DNA from: Candidatus Latescibacterota bacterium
GTDB taxonomy: Bacteria; Latescibacterota; UBA2968; UBA8231
DNA length: 64,000 nucleotides
Assembly (NCBI GenBank): GCA_963422735.1
Contig: OY730476.1
Span: 1,984,001-2,048,000, forward strand
Reading direction: 5' to 3'
Part shown: positions 32,284 to 45,178 of the stretch, one piece after another
Position numbering within the stretch: position 1 is the stretch's first letter
Layout: each line of letters begins with the position of its first letter
The notes under the pieces: generated by a model
Seen by the model: only the letters and a program-made list of their open reading frames with translations
Told to the model about the DNA's origin: nothing
Databases searched by the model: none
Made by a program: the position numbers and the translations under genes

Positions 32284-33659
32284 ACCTCGATTGGCGCTTC
32301 TTGGCCCCACTCCTCGCCCTCGGTGCCTGTAGCTTGCTCCACGACGAGTTCCCCAACGATCCCCCGACCGTGCATTTGGCGCGGATGACCTGCCAGTCGC
32401 CGGACAAGGCTTTCCTAGATACCCTGATCAATGGCGCGGATGTGGCCTGTCGGGTCCAGCGCGGCGGCGAGATTCGCTTTGAGGTACGCGCGACCGACGA
32501 GGACGACGACCCCTTGTTCTACGAGTGGAGAGCCCCATCTGGAGGTAGCTTACGCGATCCGCAGGCCCAAGAAATCAACTCTTGGTTCGCCCCCCAAACC
32601 ATCGCCAGCTCCAGCGAGCAATTTGTCGTGCAAGTCCTCATAGCCGACCGCAACTGCGATGTCGTACCCGATCTAGCCGACCGCCAGCACTGCGCCGAAG
32701 ACGCACGAGTGCTGGTCGAAAACTTCCTCGTGGAGGTCGTGCAGCGCGAACCCGTGCTGGAAGTAACGACCGACGCGACCAGCGTGTTTAGCGCGCCGCA
32801 GATATTTATCGACGCGTTTGGCATCGATCCAGACGGAGATCGGCTCGAATACCATTGGGGGCAGGTGGTCGGGGACAGCCTCAGCCTCTGGCCGGAGGCC
32901 ATTCGCGACGAGGAAACCGGTCGGCAAATTGGATCGCGCGCCGTCGTCGTCGCCTTCTTTCCCGGCAGCCACAAACTGCGCGTTTCCGCCAGCGACGGCG
33001 CAGCGAGCACGGAGCGCGAAATCGCTTTCCACGTTCCAATCGAGCCGCCACTGCCGGCTGGCGGCATGGTCAGCCTCACTCTGCCAACGGATCAGGTATA
33101 TGAGATTGACGCGTACGAATACCCCAACGCCAAGGGCGAGTGGCCGCAGTCCGCTTCGTTTTTCCAAGCGGCGAGCTTATGTGCAGCCGAAGGCAAACGC
33201 CTATGCAGCCCGAGCGAGTGGAGCGCAGCTTGTCAAGCTGGCCAAATGCAGCGCTTTTCTTCAACCGACGACGTGGCAGCCTATGAAGGCCGCGACCACT
33301 TTGGCGTACGCTTCTGCAACGTGCCGGGTTCGGTCTTTTCCCAATTCAGGAACGACCCAGCCGCACAGCTTGCGCCCTCCGGCTCGTTTCCCAACTGCGG
33401 CGGCGCGACCGGCGTCTTTGACTTGACGGGCAACATAAACGAGTGGATAGCCGCTATCGACGACGCCGGAGACCTAGCGGTGTACGTCGCTGCAAGCAGT
33501 GTATCTGCTAGCGGTGCCTGCGACGGAGCGACCCTTGTGGGCACTCTGTCCATCGAGAGCCAAGACCCGTACGATATAGAGGTCTTAGCAGAAATCGTTG
33601 CCGACTCGCCCTTGCAAAACTACGAGCAGCCCCCCCTTGGGTTCCGCTGCTGCCGTTGA
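32280..33659 (+). CDS. Lipoprotein with Ig/PKD-like domains and C-terminal SUMF1/FGE-like domain
   Basis: ATGA overlap with parB; lipobox LGAC; ATDEDDDPL and DPDGDRL Ig motifs; [28 protein letters not shown]. Confidence 0.8.
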   Translation: MNLDWRFLAPLLALGACSLLHDEFPNDPPTVHLARMTCQSPDKAFLDTLINGADVACRVQRGGEIRFEVRATDEDDDPLFYEWRAPSGGSLRDPQAQEINSWFAPQTIASSSEQFVVQVLIADRNCDVVPDLADRQHCAEDARVLVENFLVEVVQREPVLEVTTDATSVFSAPQIFIDAFGIDPDGDRLEYHWGQVVGDSLSLWPEAIRDEETGRQIGSRAVVVAFFPGSHKLRVSASDGAASTEREIAFHVPIEPPLPAGGMVSLTLPTDQVYEIDAYEYPNAKGEWPQSASFFQAASLCAAEGKRLCSPSEWSAACQAGQMQRFSSTDDVAAYEGRDHFGVRFCNVPGSVFSQFRNDPAAQLAPSGSFPNCGGATGVFDLTGNINEWIAAIDDAGDLAVYVAASSVSASGACDGATLVGTLSIESQDPYDIEVLAEIVADSPLQNYEQPPLGFRCCR

Positions 33660-33675
33660 TCCCACTTTCCCAGCC

Positions 33676-34431
33676 ATGGACCAAGACCAACTCCGCCAAC
33701 TGATAGAACAAGTCGCCACCGGTGAACTCGCGCCGAGCCAAGCCTTAGAGCGGCTTAGGAACCTGCCCTTTGAGAACCTTGGGTTTGCCCACGTCGATCA
33801 CCATCGCGCCCTGCGAACTGGTTTCCCGGAAGTCATTTTCGGCCAAGGCAAGACCTGCGAGCAGGTGCTGGCCATCGCCGAGCGCATAACCGCACATGGC
33901 GCACAGATGCTGGCCACCCGCGTCGAAGTGGCCACGGCCCACGCACTCATCGAGCGCTTTGACCGCGCCGAGCACGACCCCCTCGCCCGCACAGTCCTAG
34001 TACCAGGAGCCGAACGCCCCGCGTCTGAGGGCCTAGTGGCCGTCGTCACAGCCGGTACCTCGGACTTGCCCATAGCTCGCGAAGCCGTCGTCACAGCCCG
34101 CTCCATGGGCGCGCATGTCGAGGAGATTTTCGATGTCGGCGTCGCCGGCCTGCACCGACTCCTAGCGTACCGCGAGCTCTTGCAACGGGCGCGGGCCATC
34201 GTCGTGGTCGCTGGAATGGAAGGCGCGCTCGCCAGCGTCGTCGGTGGGCTGGTGGATGTTCCGGTTGTGGCCGTGCCGACTAGCGTGGGGTACGGCGCGA
34301 GTTTCCACGGCCTCGCCGCTCTCTTGGCCATGCTCAACTCCTGTGCGGCCGGCGTGGTCGTCGTCAATATCGACAATGGCTTTGGCGCCGGGTACGCGGC
34401 AGCTCAAATCAACCGCCGCCCCAGCCAGTGA
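33676..34431 (+). CDS. larB: Nickel pincer cofactor biosynthesis protein LarB
   Basis: [54 protein letters not shown]. Confidence 0.93.
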   Translation: MDQDQLRQLIEQVATGELAPSQALERLRNLPFENLGFAHVDHHRALRTGFPEVIFGQGKTCEQVLAIAERITAHGAQMLATRVEVATAHALIERFDRAEHDPLARTVLVPGAERPASEGLVAVVTAGTSDLPIAREAVVTARSMGAHVEEIFDVGVAGLHRLLAYRELLQRARAIVVVAGMEGALASVVGGLVDVPVVAVPTSVGYGASFHGLAALLAMLNSCAAGVVVVNIDNGFGAGYAAAQINRRPSQ

Positions 34432-35036
34432 TCCACATCGCCATACTAGCCGGCGGCCAGAGCCGACGCATGGGCCGCGACAAGGCCCTCCTGCCACTAG
34501 GCGGCCAGGCCCTGATTGAGCGCGTCCTCGCTGCGGTACGCCCCCTCGCCTATCCCTGCCTCATCATTGGCGACCACGCCGCCTATGCTCACCTCGGGCG
34601 ACCCGTCCATCCCGACCGCTGCCCCGGACTCGGGCCATTGGGAGGCCTGTACACCGCGCTCAGCACAACCGCCGCGCCTGTGCTCCTCCTCGCCTGCGAC
34701 TTGCCCTTTCTCACTCCGGACTTCCTCGGCCACCTCGCCGACCGGCGCGGGCCGCATCAAGCGGTCGTGCCCTACACGGCCACAGGACTGCAACCGCTCT
34801 GCGCGCTCTACGAGCCATCCTGCTTGGCAGCCGTAGAAGCGGCCATACAGGCCGATAGGCTCGGCATGCGCGACCTGCTGGGCAATCTGAGTCTGGATTT
34901 GGTAAGGGAAAAGGATTGGCGGCCCTACGACGAGCGCGGCCTGCTTTTTGCCAATCTCAACGCGCCCGAGGAGTACGAGCAGGCACAAGCCGCACTCCTA
35001 AAACCCGGCATCCACCACGCTCAACACCAGCAATAG
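34428..35036 (+). CDS. mobA: Molybdenum cofactor guanylyltransferase-like nucleotidyltransferase
   Basis: [40 protein letters not shown]. Confidence 0.88.
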   Translation: MIHIAILAGGQSRRMGRDKALLPLGGQALIERVLAAVRPLAYPCLIIGDHAAYAHLGRPVHPDRCPGLGPLGGLYTALSTTAAPVLLLACDLPFLTPDFLGHLADRRGPHQAVVPYTATGLQPLCALYEPSCLAAVEAAIQADRLGMRDLLGNLSLDLVREKDWRPYDERGLLFANLNAPEEYEQAQAALLKPGIHHAQHQQ

Positions 35037-35858
35037 CGGTAGGTAAAGGACCGAAGCCTTGAGCAGCCGCCGCGCACTAGTCACAGAGCGCGAGATGCCA
35101 AGCGCGAGACCGGAGGCGAGAAATAGTGCGCCCAACACTAGCGCCCCGACTAGATAGAACGGCCCGGTGAGGCCCATAAAAGAAGGCAACACCGAAAAAA
35201 TCAGCAGCAGCACTAAGTAGCCCACGACCTGCCAGCAAGTGCTGTTCCCATCCGGCTCGACAACGGGTAACATCTTGAAACCGCCGCGTCGATAGTCGTC
35301 GCGGAAGATCCATGCGATGGCGTAGAAATGAGGGTGCTGCCAAGCAAAGAGAATGAGAAAGAGGACCACGGACCCTGGGTCAATCGCGCCGGTCGCCGCC
35401 GTCCAGCCCCCTACCGGCGGCAGGGCCCCCGGCACGGCCCCCAGCGAGGTGTTGAGCCAATTTTGCCGCTTCATCGGGGTGTACACCACCACGTAGAGAA
35501 ATGCGGAGAGGAGTGCCAAAAACGCCGTCAATAGCCCAGCGGTAAAAAGCAGGAAAAACACCCCGCTTAAAACCAGCGCAAAACCCATCGACAGCGCGGT
35601 GCCCGGCTTGACGCGCCCGGTGGGCAGGGGCCGGTTGCGGGTGCGCTTCATCAAACCATCGACATCGCGTTCCAGATAGTGGTTGAGCACCGACGAGCCG
35701 GATGTGGTTAGACCCGTGCCGACGAGCAGGCAGCAAAAAAGCAGCGGCGCGTGGATGCCTTGCCCGCCCCAGAAAAACCCCAAAGCGGCCGTAACCAGTA
35801 CCAAAAAGGCAATTCTCGGTTTAGTCAGTTCCCAGTAGTCGTGCCAAGTAGCAGTCAT
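34998..35858 (-). CDS. cyoE: Protoheme IX farnesyltransferase (heme O synthase)
   Basis: ELTKPRI, ERDVDGLMKRTRNRPLP, GALPP, WQHPHF, DY..GG..MLP. Confidence 0.93.
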   Translation of the reverse strand: MTATWHDYWELTKPRIAFLVLVTAALGFFWGGQGIHAPLLFCCLLVGTGLTTSGSSVLNHYLERDVDGLMKRTRNRPLPTGRVKPGTALSMGFALVLSGVFFLLFTAGLLTAFLALLSAFLYVVVYTPMKRQNWLNTSLGAVPGALPPVGGWTAATGAIDPGSVVLFLILFAWQHPHFYAIAWIFRDDYRRGGFKMLPVVEPDGNSTCWQVVGYLVLLLIFSVLPSFMGLTGPFYLVGALVLGALFLASGLALGISRSVTSARRLLKASVLYLPLLLVLSVVDAGF

Positions 35859-35887
35859 ATCTATCTCGTTCCGCAAGAAAAATATAA

Positions 35888-38277
<2,390 letters not shown>

Positions 38278-38285
38278 CTCCTAGC

Positions 38286-39719
38286 TCAGGCCAACGACGC
38301 AAATTCCCATTCCTCCAATTCCACCATCCCATCCACTACCACCGGCATTCCCACACCCAAACCTGCCCCTTGCAGCGACCCCACCTCAATCTTTCCTTCC
38401 CGCACATCCAAGGCCACCAACCCACTGCCCAACGCCCGATAGAGCTTCCCGTGCGTGGCCAAGCAGACCGCCTGCTCGTCCGCGGTCAAGTGATCCAACC
38501 CCCGCACGTAGTGATGTCCATTGCGCTCGACATGCGCGATCCCCAGCGCCGCCACATGCGCCAAATCTTGGTGCAAGGGTACCACCGGCAGATTCATCAG
38601 GTCCTCGCCCGAGAGAAAACAGCCCTCCCGCCGCGCCAACGCCAGATTGGCCAGTGCCTTGACCAGCCCTTTGCACGCCTTGGACGAAACGCCTTCGTAT
38701 CCCAGTGCTAACGCCCGACGAAAGGTGTCCAGCGCATCGTCCGACTCGTCAATGAGCAAGGGACGACGCGCAGCGGCGGCCCGGATGCCCGGTTCTAGGG
38801 CAGCATCCAAAGCCACGCTCCGCTCTAGGGGCTGCTCGACATAGATAATGCGCTCGTACAAACGCGGATGTGCGGCTGCAATGCCATCGATCAAGCCGAT
38901 GAGAGAGTCCATTTCCCGGTATTGTTCGTTGCCGTCGAGCGTGACCTTGTACTCGGCGTCGCGCCTGTCCAACACCTCGGCAATCGCGGCCAACCGCGCC
39001 AAGTCGGCCTCCAAGTCGCCATTTACCTTGATCTTGAAGTACGTCAATCCCTGGCACTCGACGCAATCGGCCAGTGATTGCGGCAACCCGTCGTCCAACC
39101 GCTCCTCGGGTGCAATATCGCTTGGGACAATCGGATCGGACAATCCCACCGTGTGCCGCACGTGCAACTGCGCGAGTGGCGCAGCCCCTATCACTTGGCT
39201 GGGCTCTACCCCTTGCAACTCGGGGTGAATCGCCCCTAGCTCCAAGCCGAGGAGATTGGCCTTGAGCAACTCAAAGTAACTCGCGCCTACCCCGCATCCC
39301 ACTGCGTCGATCAGGGCGCGCTCCATCAGCGTACTGCCGTGGACAGCGGTCAACCGATTCAGGCCGTGTGCGTCGCCAGCGGATACCGTCTGTGCATAGC
39401 CGGCCTGCCATATTGTAAAGAATGGCTGAGGGGACCGCGCCGCATCCAAATACGCTGCGCGCGCTGCACGCGCCGCCCACAGCAAGTCAGCGACATTGTC
39501 TTCGTAGCTTTTGGCCGGGTCCTTGTCGAACCACTTAGGTGGGAGGATGTCGGCTGCAACCCCTTGTACCGGAGTACCATTTTTTAGAGCCCCCTGAGCC
39601 ACCACGTGGAGGATCGGCACGGCGGTCAGCACGGCCGCGCCGTATTTGAAGGGCATGCGGGTATGCACATTCCGCATGTAGAACCGCACCTCCTCAAGCT
39701 TTATTTTTACGGCATTCAC
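38286..39719 (-). CDS. Uncharacterised enolase-superfamily protein, paralog 2
   Basis: FKIK (KxK), LDGNEQ, VEQP, IDES metal-ligand pattern, SSK. Confidence 0.8.
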   Translation of the reverse strand: MNAVKIKLEEVRFYMRNVHTRMPFKYGAAVLTAVPILHVVAQGALKNGTPVQGVAADILPPKWFDKDPAKSYEDNVADLLWAARAARAAYLDAARSPQPFFTIWQAGYAQTVSAGDAHGLNRLTAVHGSTLMERALIDAVGCGVGASYFELLKANLLGLELGAIHPELQGVEPSQVIGAAPLAQLHVRHTVGLSDPIVPSDIAPEERLDDGLPQSLADCVECQGLTYFKIKVNGDLEADLARLAAIAEVLDRRDAEYKVTLDGNEQYREMDSLIGLIDGIAAAHPRLYERIIYVEQPLERSVALDAALEPGIRAAAARRPLLIDESDDALDTFRRALALGYEGVSSKACKGLVKALANLALARREGCFLSGEDLMNLPVVPLHQDLAHVAALGIAHVERNGHHYVRGLDHLTADEQAVCLATHGKLYRALGSGLVALDVREGKIEVGSLQGAGLGVGMPVVVDGMVELEEWEFASLA

Positions 39720-41152
39720 GAGAATTGCGCCTCCGCCAGCGGCTTCATAGCCGCGATATCGACCGCGCCATCAACCGCGAGACCAGGCCGTTGTAGCGAG
39801 CCGACCGCGATTTGGCCCTCGCGAATGTCGAGAAAGCCACTCTGGCCCTCAAAGCGGTACAGATCGCCGTGCCGCTCAAAGCACCACGCCCGCTCGGCGG
39901 CCGACAAGTGGTCCAGCCCCCGCACGTAGTGGTGCCCATTGCGCTCAACGTGTCTGATCCCCAACGCCGCCACATGCGCTAAATCCTGGTGTAGCGACAC
40001 CACCGGCACCGCAGTCAAATCCTCGGCCGAGACAAAGCAGGGACAGCCTGCAGTTGTGCGCTGCGAGGCGAGCGCACTGTTGGCCAGTGCCTTGACCAAC
40101 CCCTTGCAACACTTGGACGAGACGCCGCTGTATCCCAAGTCCAACGCGCGGCGGAAGGAGTCCAAGGATTCGTCCGACTCGTCGATCAGCAGGGGGCGTT
40201 TCGCCGCCAACACCTCAAGGTCGCTCTTTAGCGCGGGATCGAGGGAAAGGGCGCGGTCCATGGGCTGCTCGACGTAGAGGATGCGGTGGTAAAACGCCCC
40301 CACGTCCTTTTCAACCTGCTCCAGCAAAGCCAGCAAATCGGCCGCGTTGCCGTACTGTTCGTTGCCGTCGAGCGTGATGTAGTACTCCGCGCCGCTCTCG
40401 TCCAACAGCGAGGCAATTTCTGCTAAGCGGTCGAAATCGGCCGCGGGATCGCCGCCGATTTTGAGCTTGAAATAGCGCAGACCCTGGCACTGAATGCATT
40501 CTTCCAAGGACTGCGGCAACCCGTCGTTCAACCGCTCCTCGGGCGCAATCGCGGCCGTGCGGATGGGATCAACCAAGCCGACCGTATGGCGGACATACAG
40601 CGAGCGCACCGGCTCCGCCGGCAGTACCGCCGCAAGCTCCAACCCCTCTAGCTGCGGGTGAATCCCCCCCAGCACCAACCCGAGGACATTGCCCTGCAAC
40701 AGTGCAAAATAGGGCTGCCCCAAAGCAACCCCCAAGCCGTCGATGAGTGCCCGCTCCATCAGGGCCGCGCCGTTGGACGCCAGAAGGTAGTTCGTGCCCC
40801 GCGCCCGGCCCCACGCCCGACTAGCCTCGTAGCCTGCCTCCCATATTGCGAATGGGGTCGCGCCTGTTCGACCCGACTCCCGATAAGCAACGGCGGCCGC
40901 TCGCGCTCCATCCACCAAGTCCCGGAGGCCCTCGGCGATCGACTTGCTTGGGTTTTTGTCGAACCACTTAGGCGACAGCATGTCCGCAGCCCAACCCCGC
41001 GCTCGACGGCCATTGCCCAGCTCTAGGTCCATGGCCACGTGTAGCGCGGTCAGGCTATCAGCGACCACGTTGCCGAACTTAAAGGGCATGCGCATCGGCA
41101 TGTCGCGCACGTAAAATTCGATGTCTTTAATCGCCACCAACATTCGGCTCAA
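39716..41152 (-). CDS. Uncharacterised enolase-superfamily protein, paralog 1
   Basis: FKLK, LDGNEQ, VEQP, IDES, SSK; start is either TTG 41152 (overlapping argH stop) or ATG 41143. Confidence 0.8.
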   Translation of the reverse strand: MSRMLVAIKDIEFYVRDMPMRMPFKFGNVVADSLTALHVAMDLELGNGRRARGWAADMLSPKWFDKNPSKSIAEGLRDLVDGARAAAVAYRESGRTGATPFAIWEAGYEASRAWGRARGTNYLLASNGAALMERALIDGLGVALGQPYFALLQGNVLGLVLGGIHPQLEGLELAAVLPAEPVRSLYVRHTVGLVDPIRTAAIAPEERLNDGLPQSLEECIQCQGLRYFKLKIGGDPAADFDRLAEIASLLDESGAEYYITLDGNEQYGNAADLLALLEQVEKDVGAFYHRILYVEQPMDRALSLDPALKSDLEVLAAKRPLLIDESDESLDSFRRALDLGYSGVSSKCCKGLVKALANSALASQRTTAGCPCFVSAEDLTAVPVVSLHQDLAHVAALGIRHVERNGHHYVRGLDHLSAAERAWCFERHGDLYRFEGQSGFLDIREGQIAVGSLQRPGLAVDGAVDIAAMKPLAEAQFS

Positions 41153-42534
41153 CTCGCGGCCAAGGCACGCCGCGCCTTTTCCATCTGTTCGGCCACGGCC
41201 TGCGGGCCGGTGCCGCCTTCTATATTACGGCGCGCCAAGCTGTGGCGCACATCGAGCAGGCCCATCGCGTCCTCGCCGAAATCCGCGCTGTGTGTGCGCA
41301 GATCGTCCAAGCAGAGATCGGTGAGGGCGCGGCCTTGCTCTAGCGAGTCTCGCACCAAGCGGCCGACGACGCGATGGGCCTCGCGGAAAGGCACCCCTTG
41401 GCCCACCAAATGGTCGGCCAAATCCGTTGCCAAGGCCGTGGAATCCACCGCGGACTCCATCCGCTCGGCATGCACCTCCATGCTCTCCCAAGCACCGGCG
41501 AAAACCTCTAGGCAAATAGCCGATGTTTCCAGCGCGTCGAAGAGCGGCTCCTTGTCTTCCTGCAGATCCTTGGCATAAGTCAACGGTACGGCCTTCATCG
41601 TCGTCAGCAACGCCATCAGGCTGCCGTACACCCGGCCGGTTTTGCCGCGCACCAGCTCCAGCGCGTCCGGGTTTTTCTTTTGCGGCATCATGCTAGAGCC
41701 GGTGGCAAAGTGATCGTCGAGCTCGACAAAGCCAAACTCCGACGACGACCAGAGGATCAAATCCTCACAGAAGCGGCTCAAGTGCATCATTAGGATCGCC
41801 AGCGCGGACAGGGTCTCGAGCAGAAAATCGCGATCGCTGACCGCGTCGAGGCTGTTAGGAGTAACCTGCGAAAACCCGAGTTCGCGGGCGAGGAAGGCTC
41901 GGTCGAGCGGAAACGCGCTCCCAGCCAACGCCCCGGAACCCAACGGCAGAAAGTCGGCCCGACGCCAAGCGTCCCCCAGCCGCCCGCGGTCGCGCTCCAG
42001 CATCCAGAACAGCGACAGCGCGTAGTGGGGAAAAAGCACCGGTTGCGCCTGTTGTAAGTGAGTGTAGCCGGGCAGCACCACGCGACTGTGCCGCTCGCCC
42101 GACGCCAGCAGCACGCCTTGCAGGTGGCGAATCTGAGCCTGAAGCGACGCAATCGCGCCCCGCAGGTAGAGCCGCTCGTCTAAGTTGACTTGGTCGTTGC
42201 GGCTGCGCCCGGTGTGCAATTTGCCCCCGGCTGGCCCGATCAGCTCGGTCAGCCGCTGCTCCACCGCCATGTGGATGTCTTCAAGCGCGTCGGGAAGTGT
42301 GCAGTCCGGGGCTGAAAATTCTTCCTGCACCTGCCTTAGCCCCACTTCGATCTGCTCCAATTCCCCAGCACTGAGGATGCCGGCCCGCTGCAGAGCGCGG
42401 GCGTAGGCCACGCTGCCCGCAACATCGGCCTTCAACAGCTTGCGGTCGAAGCCAATAGAGGCGTTGAAGCGCTCCATCAACTCGGCCGGCGCGGACTGAA
42501 ACCGCCCGCCCCAAGGCGTTTGTACCTCGGCCAT
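41149..42534 (-). CDS. argH: Argininosuccinate lyase
   Basis: WGGRF, HTGRSRNDQ, PGYTHLQ, GSSMMPQKKNPD. Confidence 0.97.
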   Translation of the reverse strand: MAEVQTPWGGRFQSAPAELMERFNASIGFDRKLLKADVAGSVAYARALQRAGILSAGELEQIEVGLRQVQEEFSAPDCTLPDALEDIHMAVEQRLTELIGPAGGKLHTGRSRNDQVNLDERLYLRGAIASLQAQIRHLQGVLLASGERHSRVVLPGYTHLQQAQPVLFPHYALSLFWMLERDRGRLGDAWRRADFLPLGSGALAGSAFPLDRAFLARELGFSQVTPNSLDAVSDRDFLLETLSALAILMMHLSRFCEDLILWSSSEFGFVELDDHFATGSSMMPQKKNPDALELVRGKTGRVYGSLMALLTTMKAVPLTYAKDLQEDKEPLFDALETSAICLEVFAGAWESMEVHAERMESAVDSTALATDLADHLVGQGVPFREAHRVVGRLVRDSLEQGRALTDLCLDDLRTHSADFGEDAMGLLDVRHSLARRNIEGGTGPQAVAEQMEKARRALAAS

Positions 42535-43730
42535 CAGACACTTTGACGCAAGATCTCGTCGAATACATCTACTACTTCGTCGATGCGATCCCGCTCGACG
42601 ACCAGCGGCGGCAAAAAGCGCACCACATCGGCCCCGGCCGTGGCCACTAAGATGTCGCGCTGGCGGAAGGCGGTTAGGTAGTCGGCGGCCGGCTGGCGAG
42701 TGACCGCGCCGACTATCAGGCCTTTGCCACGGATTTCGGCGATGTGCTCAGGCCAGCGCTGTTGCAGCTTTTGCAGGCGACCGATTAGGTATTCGCCTTT
42801 TTCGCGCACCTCGTCGATAAAGCCCGGCTCCAGCAGCTTGCCCAAGACCGAGGTCGCCGCGGCGCAAGCCACGGGATTGGCACCGAATGTCGCGGCGTGA
42901 TCACCGGCCTCGATGGCGTCGGCGACCTTCTGCCGCAAGAGCGCGACGCCGATTGGCAAGCCACCGCCGAGGGCCTTGGCCAAGGTCATAATATCCGGCT
43001 CAACCCCGTATTGTTGATAGGCCCACAGCGAGCCTAAGCGCCCGCACCCCACTTGGATCTCGTCGAAAACCAGCAGCATCTCCCGCTCGTCGCACAGGTG
43101 CCTCAGCCCGGCGAGAAATTCCCCAGTCGCGGCGTGGATCCCACCCTCGGCTTGCAACGGCTCGACCAAAATCGCGCAGGTCTGATCTGTGACCAGCGAC
43201 TCCACGGAGGCCAAATCATTGAATTGGGCGAAGTCGATGCCCGGCAGCAGCGGCTCGAACCCCTTGTGGTACTTGGGCTGGCCGGTCGTCGAGATGGATC
43301 CATACGTCCGCCCGTGAAAGGAATTTTCAAAGGCGATGAGGCGGTTTTTGGGTGGGTCGTGGGTGGTGTTGCCCCACTTGCGGCAGAACTTGAGCGAAGC
43401 CTCCCATGCCTCGGTGCCGCTGTTGCAGAAGAACACCCGGTCGGCAAACGAGTGCTCGACCAGCCGCTGCGCCAGTGTTACCGAGGGGATTGTGTGGTAG
43501 AGGTTAGACACGTGCATCAGCTTGGAGGCCTGGGTCTCAATGGCCTTGAGCACCTCGTAGTCGCCATAGCCCAGCGCGTTGACCGCCAAGCCGCTGACAA
43601 AATCGAGGTAGCGGTTGCCGTTCATGTCGAAGAGATAGACCCCATTGCCTCGCTCTAGTACGAACTCGGGCCGACCATAGGTCTGCAAAATGTATTGCGC
43701 TTCGCCCTTGATAATGTCTTCGGTTTTCAT
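42534..43730 (-). CDS. argD: Acetylornithine aminotransferase
   Basis: FCNSGTEA, SFHGRT, FDEIQVG, TLAKALGGG PLP lysine; start at MKTED. Confidence 0.93.
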   Translation of the reverse strand: MKTEDIIKGEAQYILQTYGRPEFVLERGNGVYLFDMNGNRYLDFVSGLAVNALGYGDYEVLKAIETQASKLMHVSNLYHTIPSVTLAQRLVEHSFADRVFFCNSGTEAWEASLKFCRKWGNTTHDPPKNRLIAFENSFHGRTYGSISTTGQPKYHKGFEPLLPGIDFAQFNDLASVESLVTDQTCAILVEPLQAEGGIHAATGEFLAGLRHLCDEREMLLVFDEIQVGCGRLGSLWAYQQYGVEPDIMTLAKALGGGLPIGVALLRQKVADAIEAGDHAATFGANPVACAAATSVLGKLLEPGFIDEVREKGEYLIGRLQKLQQRWPEHIAEIRGKGLIVGAVTRQPAADYLTAFRQRDILVATAGADVVRFLPPLVVERDRIDEVVDVFDEILRQSV

Positions 43731-43746
43731 GGTTTGCTCCGTCGTC

Positions 43747-44637
43747 CTACTGGACAATTTGGGTCCCAATGCCCTGCCGGGTGTAAAACTCGAGTAACAT
43801 CGCATGCGGCACGCGCCCGTCAATGACGTGAGTTTTGCGCACGCCGGCTTTGACGGACTTGACACAGGCTTCTACCTTGGGAATCATACCACCGCGGATC
43901 ACCCCTTGATCAATCAACTCGCCCACCTCAGAGACGCGCACAGTTGACAGCAGAGATGCATCGTCTCCGAGATCCCGCATGACGCCCTGCACGTCCGTCA
44001 AAAAAACCAATTTCTCCGCGTGTAGGGCTACGGCAATTTCCCCGGCCGCTGTATCGGCGTTGACGTTGAAGCTCTCGCCTTCCGGGCCGCGACCAATCGG
44101 CGCAACCACCGGGATCATGCCCTTGTCTATCAAGTTCAACAAAGGCGCGGTATCCACGTGCTTGACATCGCCGACGTAACCGATGTTCATGGCACCGCCA
44201 TCGGTCTGGACCCAGTGCTTGTGCACCTGCATGATCCCGGCATCCTTGGCCGAAACGCCCACGGCTCGCCCGTCCAGTTCGCCAAGCTCGCGGACGATCA
44301 GCGCGTTGACCTCGCCAAAGAGCACATCCTCAACCACCTTCATCGTCGCCTCGTCCGTCACCCGCAGCCCAGCTACGCGCTGGCTCTCAATACCCAACTC
44401 TTGCAGGCGGCGAGTGATGGCCGGACCACCTCCGTGGACCACGACCGGATAGATCCCGACCGCCTGCATGAAGACAATGTCCTTGTGTACGGTGTCTCCA
44501 CTGCCCATGGTGCTGCCGCCGTATTTGACGACCATCACTTTGCCGCGGAATTCCTGTAGATACGGCAGGGCCTCGATCAGTGTCTCGGCTTTGCCGATAT
44601 GGACTTGCAAGTCCTGCAAGACTTCGGCGTCCATCAC
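43747..44637 (-). CDS. argB: Acetylglutamate kinase
   Basis: VVKYGG, VHGGGP, GLRVTD, NVNADTAA, GGMIPK. Confidence 0.95.
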   Translation of the reverse strand: MMDAEVLQDLQVHIGKAETLIEALPYLQEFRGKVMVVKYGGSTMGSGDTVHKDIVFMQAVGIYPVVVHGGGPAITRRLQELGIESQRVAGLRVTDEATMKVVEDVLFGEVNALIVRELGELDGRAVGVSAKDAGIMQVHKHWVQTDGGAMNIGYVGDVKHVDTAPLLNLIDKGMIPVVAPIGRGPEGESFNVNADTAAGEIAVALHAEKLVFLTDVQGVMRDLGDDASLLSTVRVSEVGELIDQGVIRGGMIPKVEACVKSVKAGVRKTHVIDGRVPHAMLLEFYTRQGIGTQIVQ

Positions 44638-45101
44638 TGCTCCTCACTGCACACCGCGTTGATCTTATAGACTAACGCAGCCGCATCTTGCTCGGAACGA
44701 GTGACGATAAAGATCGTGTTCTCGCCGGCAAGCGTGCCCGCGACCTCAGCCCAACCAATGCGATCAATGGCCTCACAGACGCTCTGGGCGTGCCCCGACG
44801 AGGTCCGCACCAGCACCATGTTGATCACTTGTTCGGTCTGGACCAAGAAGTCCTGCAACTCTCGCTCTATAATGTGTAGGTCGCGTAGCGTAGCCCCAGC
44901 TCCGGGCAGCGTATAGCGAAATCCCCCATCGGCCTGCGGCACCCGGACCACGCCTATTTCGCGCAAGTCTTTCGACAAGGTTGACTGGCTGACCTCAATG
45001 CCCTGTTGCTGGAGGACCTCGGCCAATTTCTCGTGCGTATCAATGGCACTTCTGTAGATCAGATCCCGTATGCGAGCCTGCCGCATCTGTTTATTTCGCA
45101 T
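44634..45101 (-). CDS. argR: Arginine repressor
   Basis: SQSTLSKDL HTH, GHAQSV, GTLAGENT arginine-binding region. Confidence 0.92.
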   Translation of the reverse strand: MRNKQMRQARIRDLIYRSAIDTHEKLAEVLQQQGIEVSQSTLSKDLREIGVVRVPQADGGFRYTLPGAGATLRDLHIIERELQDFLVQTEQVINMVLVRTSSGHAQSVCEAIDRIGWAEVAGTLAGENTIFIVTRSEQDAAALVYKINAVCSEEQ

Positions 45102-45133
45102 AATTTTTATTATTTAATTGAAATAAAAATTTA

Positions 45134-45162
45134 AAGTTAGCGCACCGTAGGGACTGTGTCAA
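45134..45162 (-). promoter_or_regulatory. Sigma70 promoter of the arg operon
   Basis: Minus strand TTGACA-N17-TAACTT followed by a very AT-rich leader. Confidence 0.65.
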
Positions 45163-45178
45163 GAAAAACGCAGCCGCA

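Noticed and set aside
34998-35036. 39-bp convergent overlap of mobA and cyoE
   Set aside because: Short 3' overlaps are common in compact genomes (also 14108-14120 and 37969-37972); no sign of a special function.
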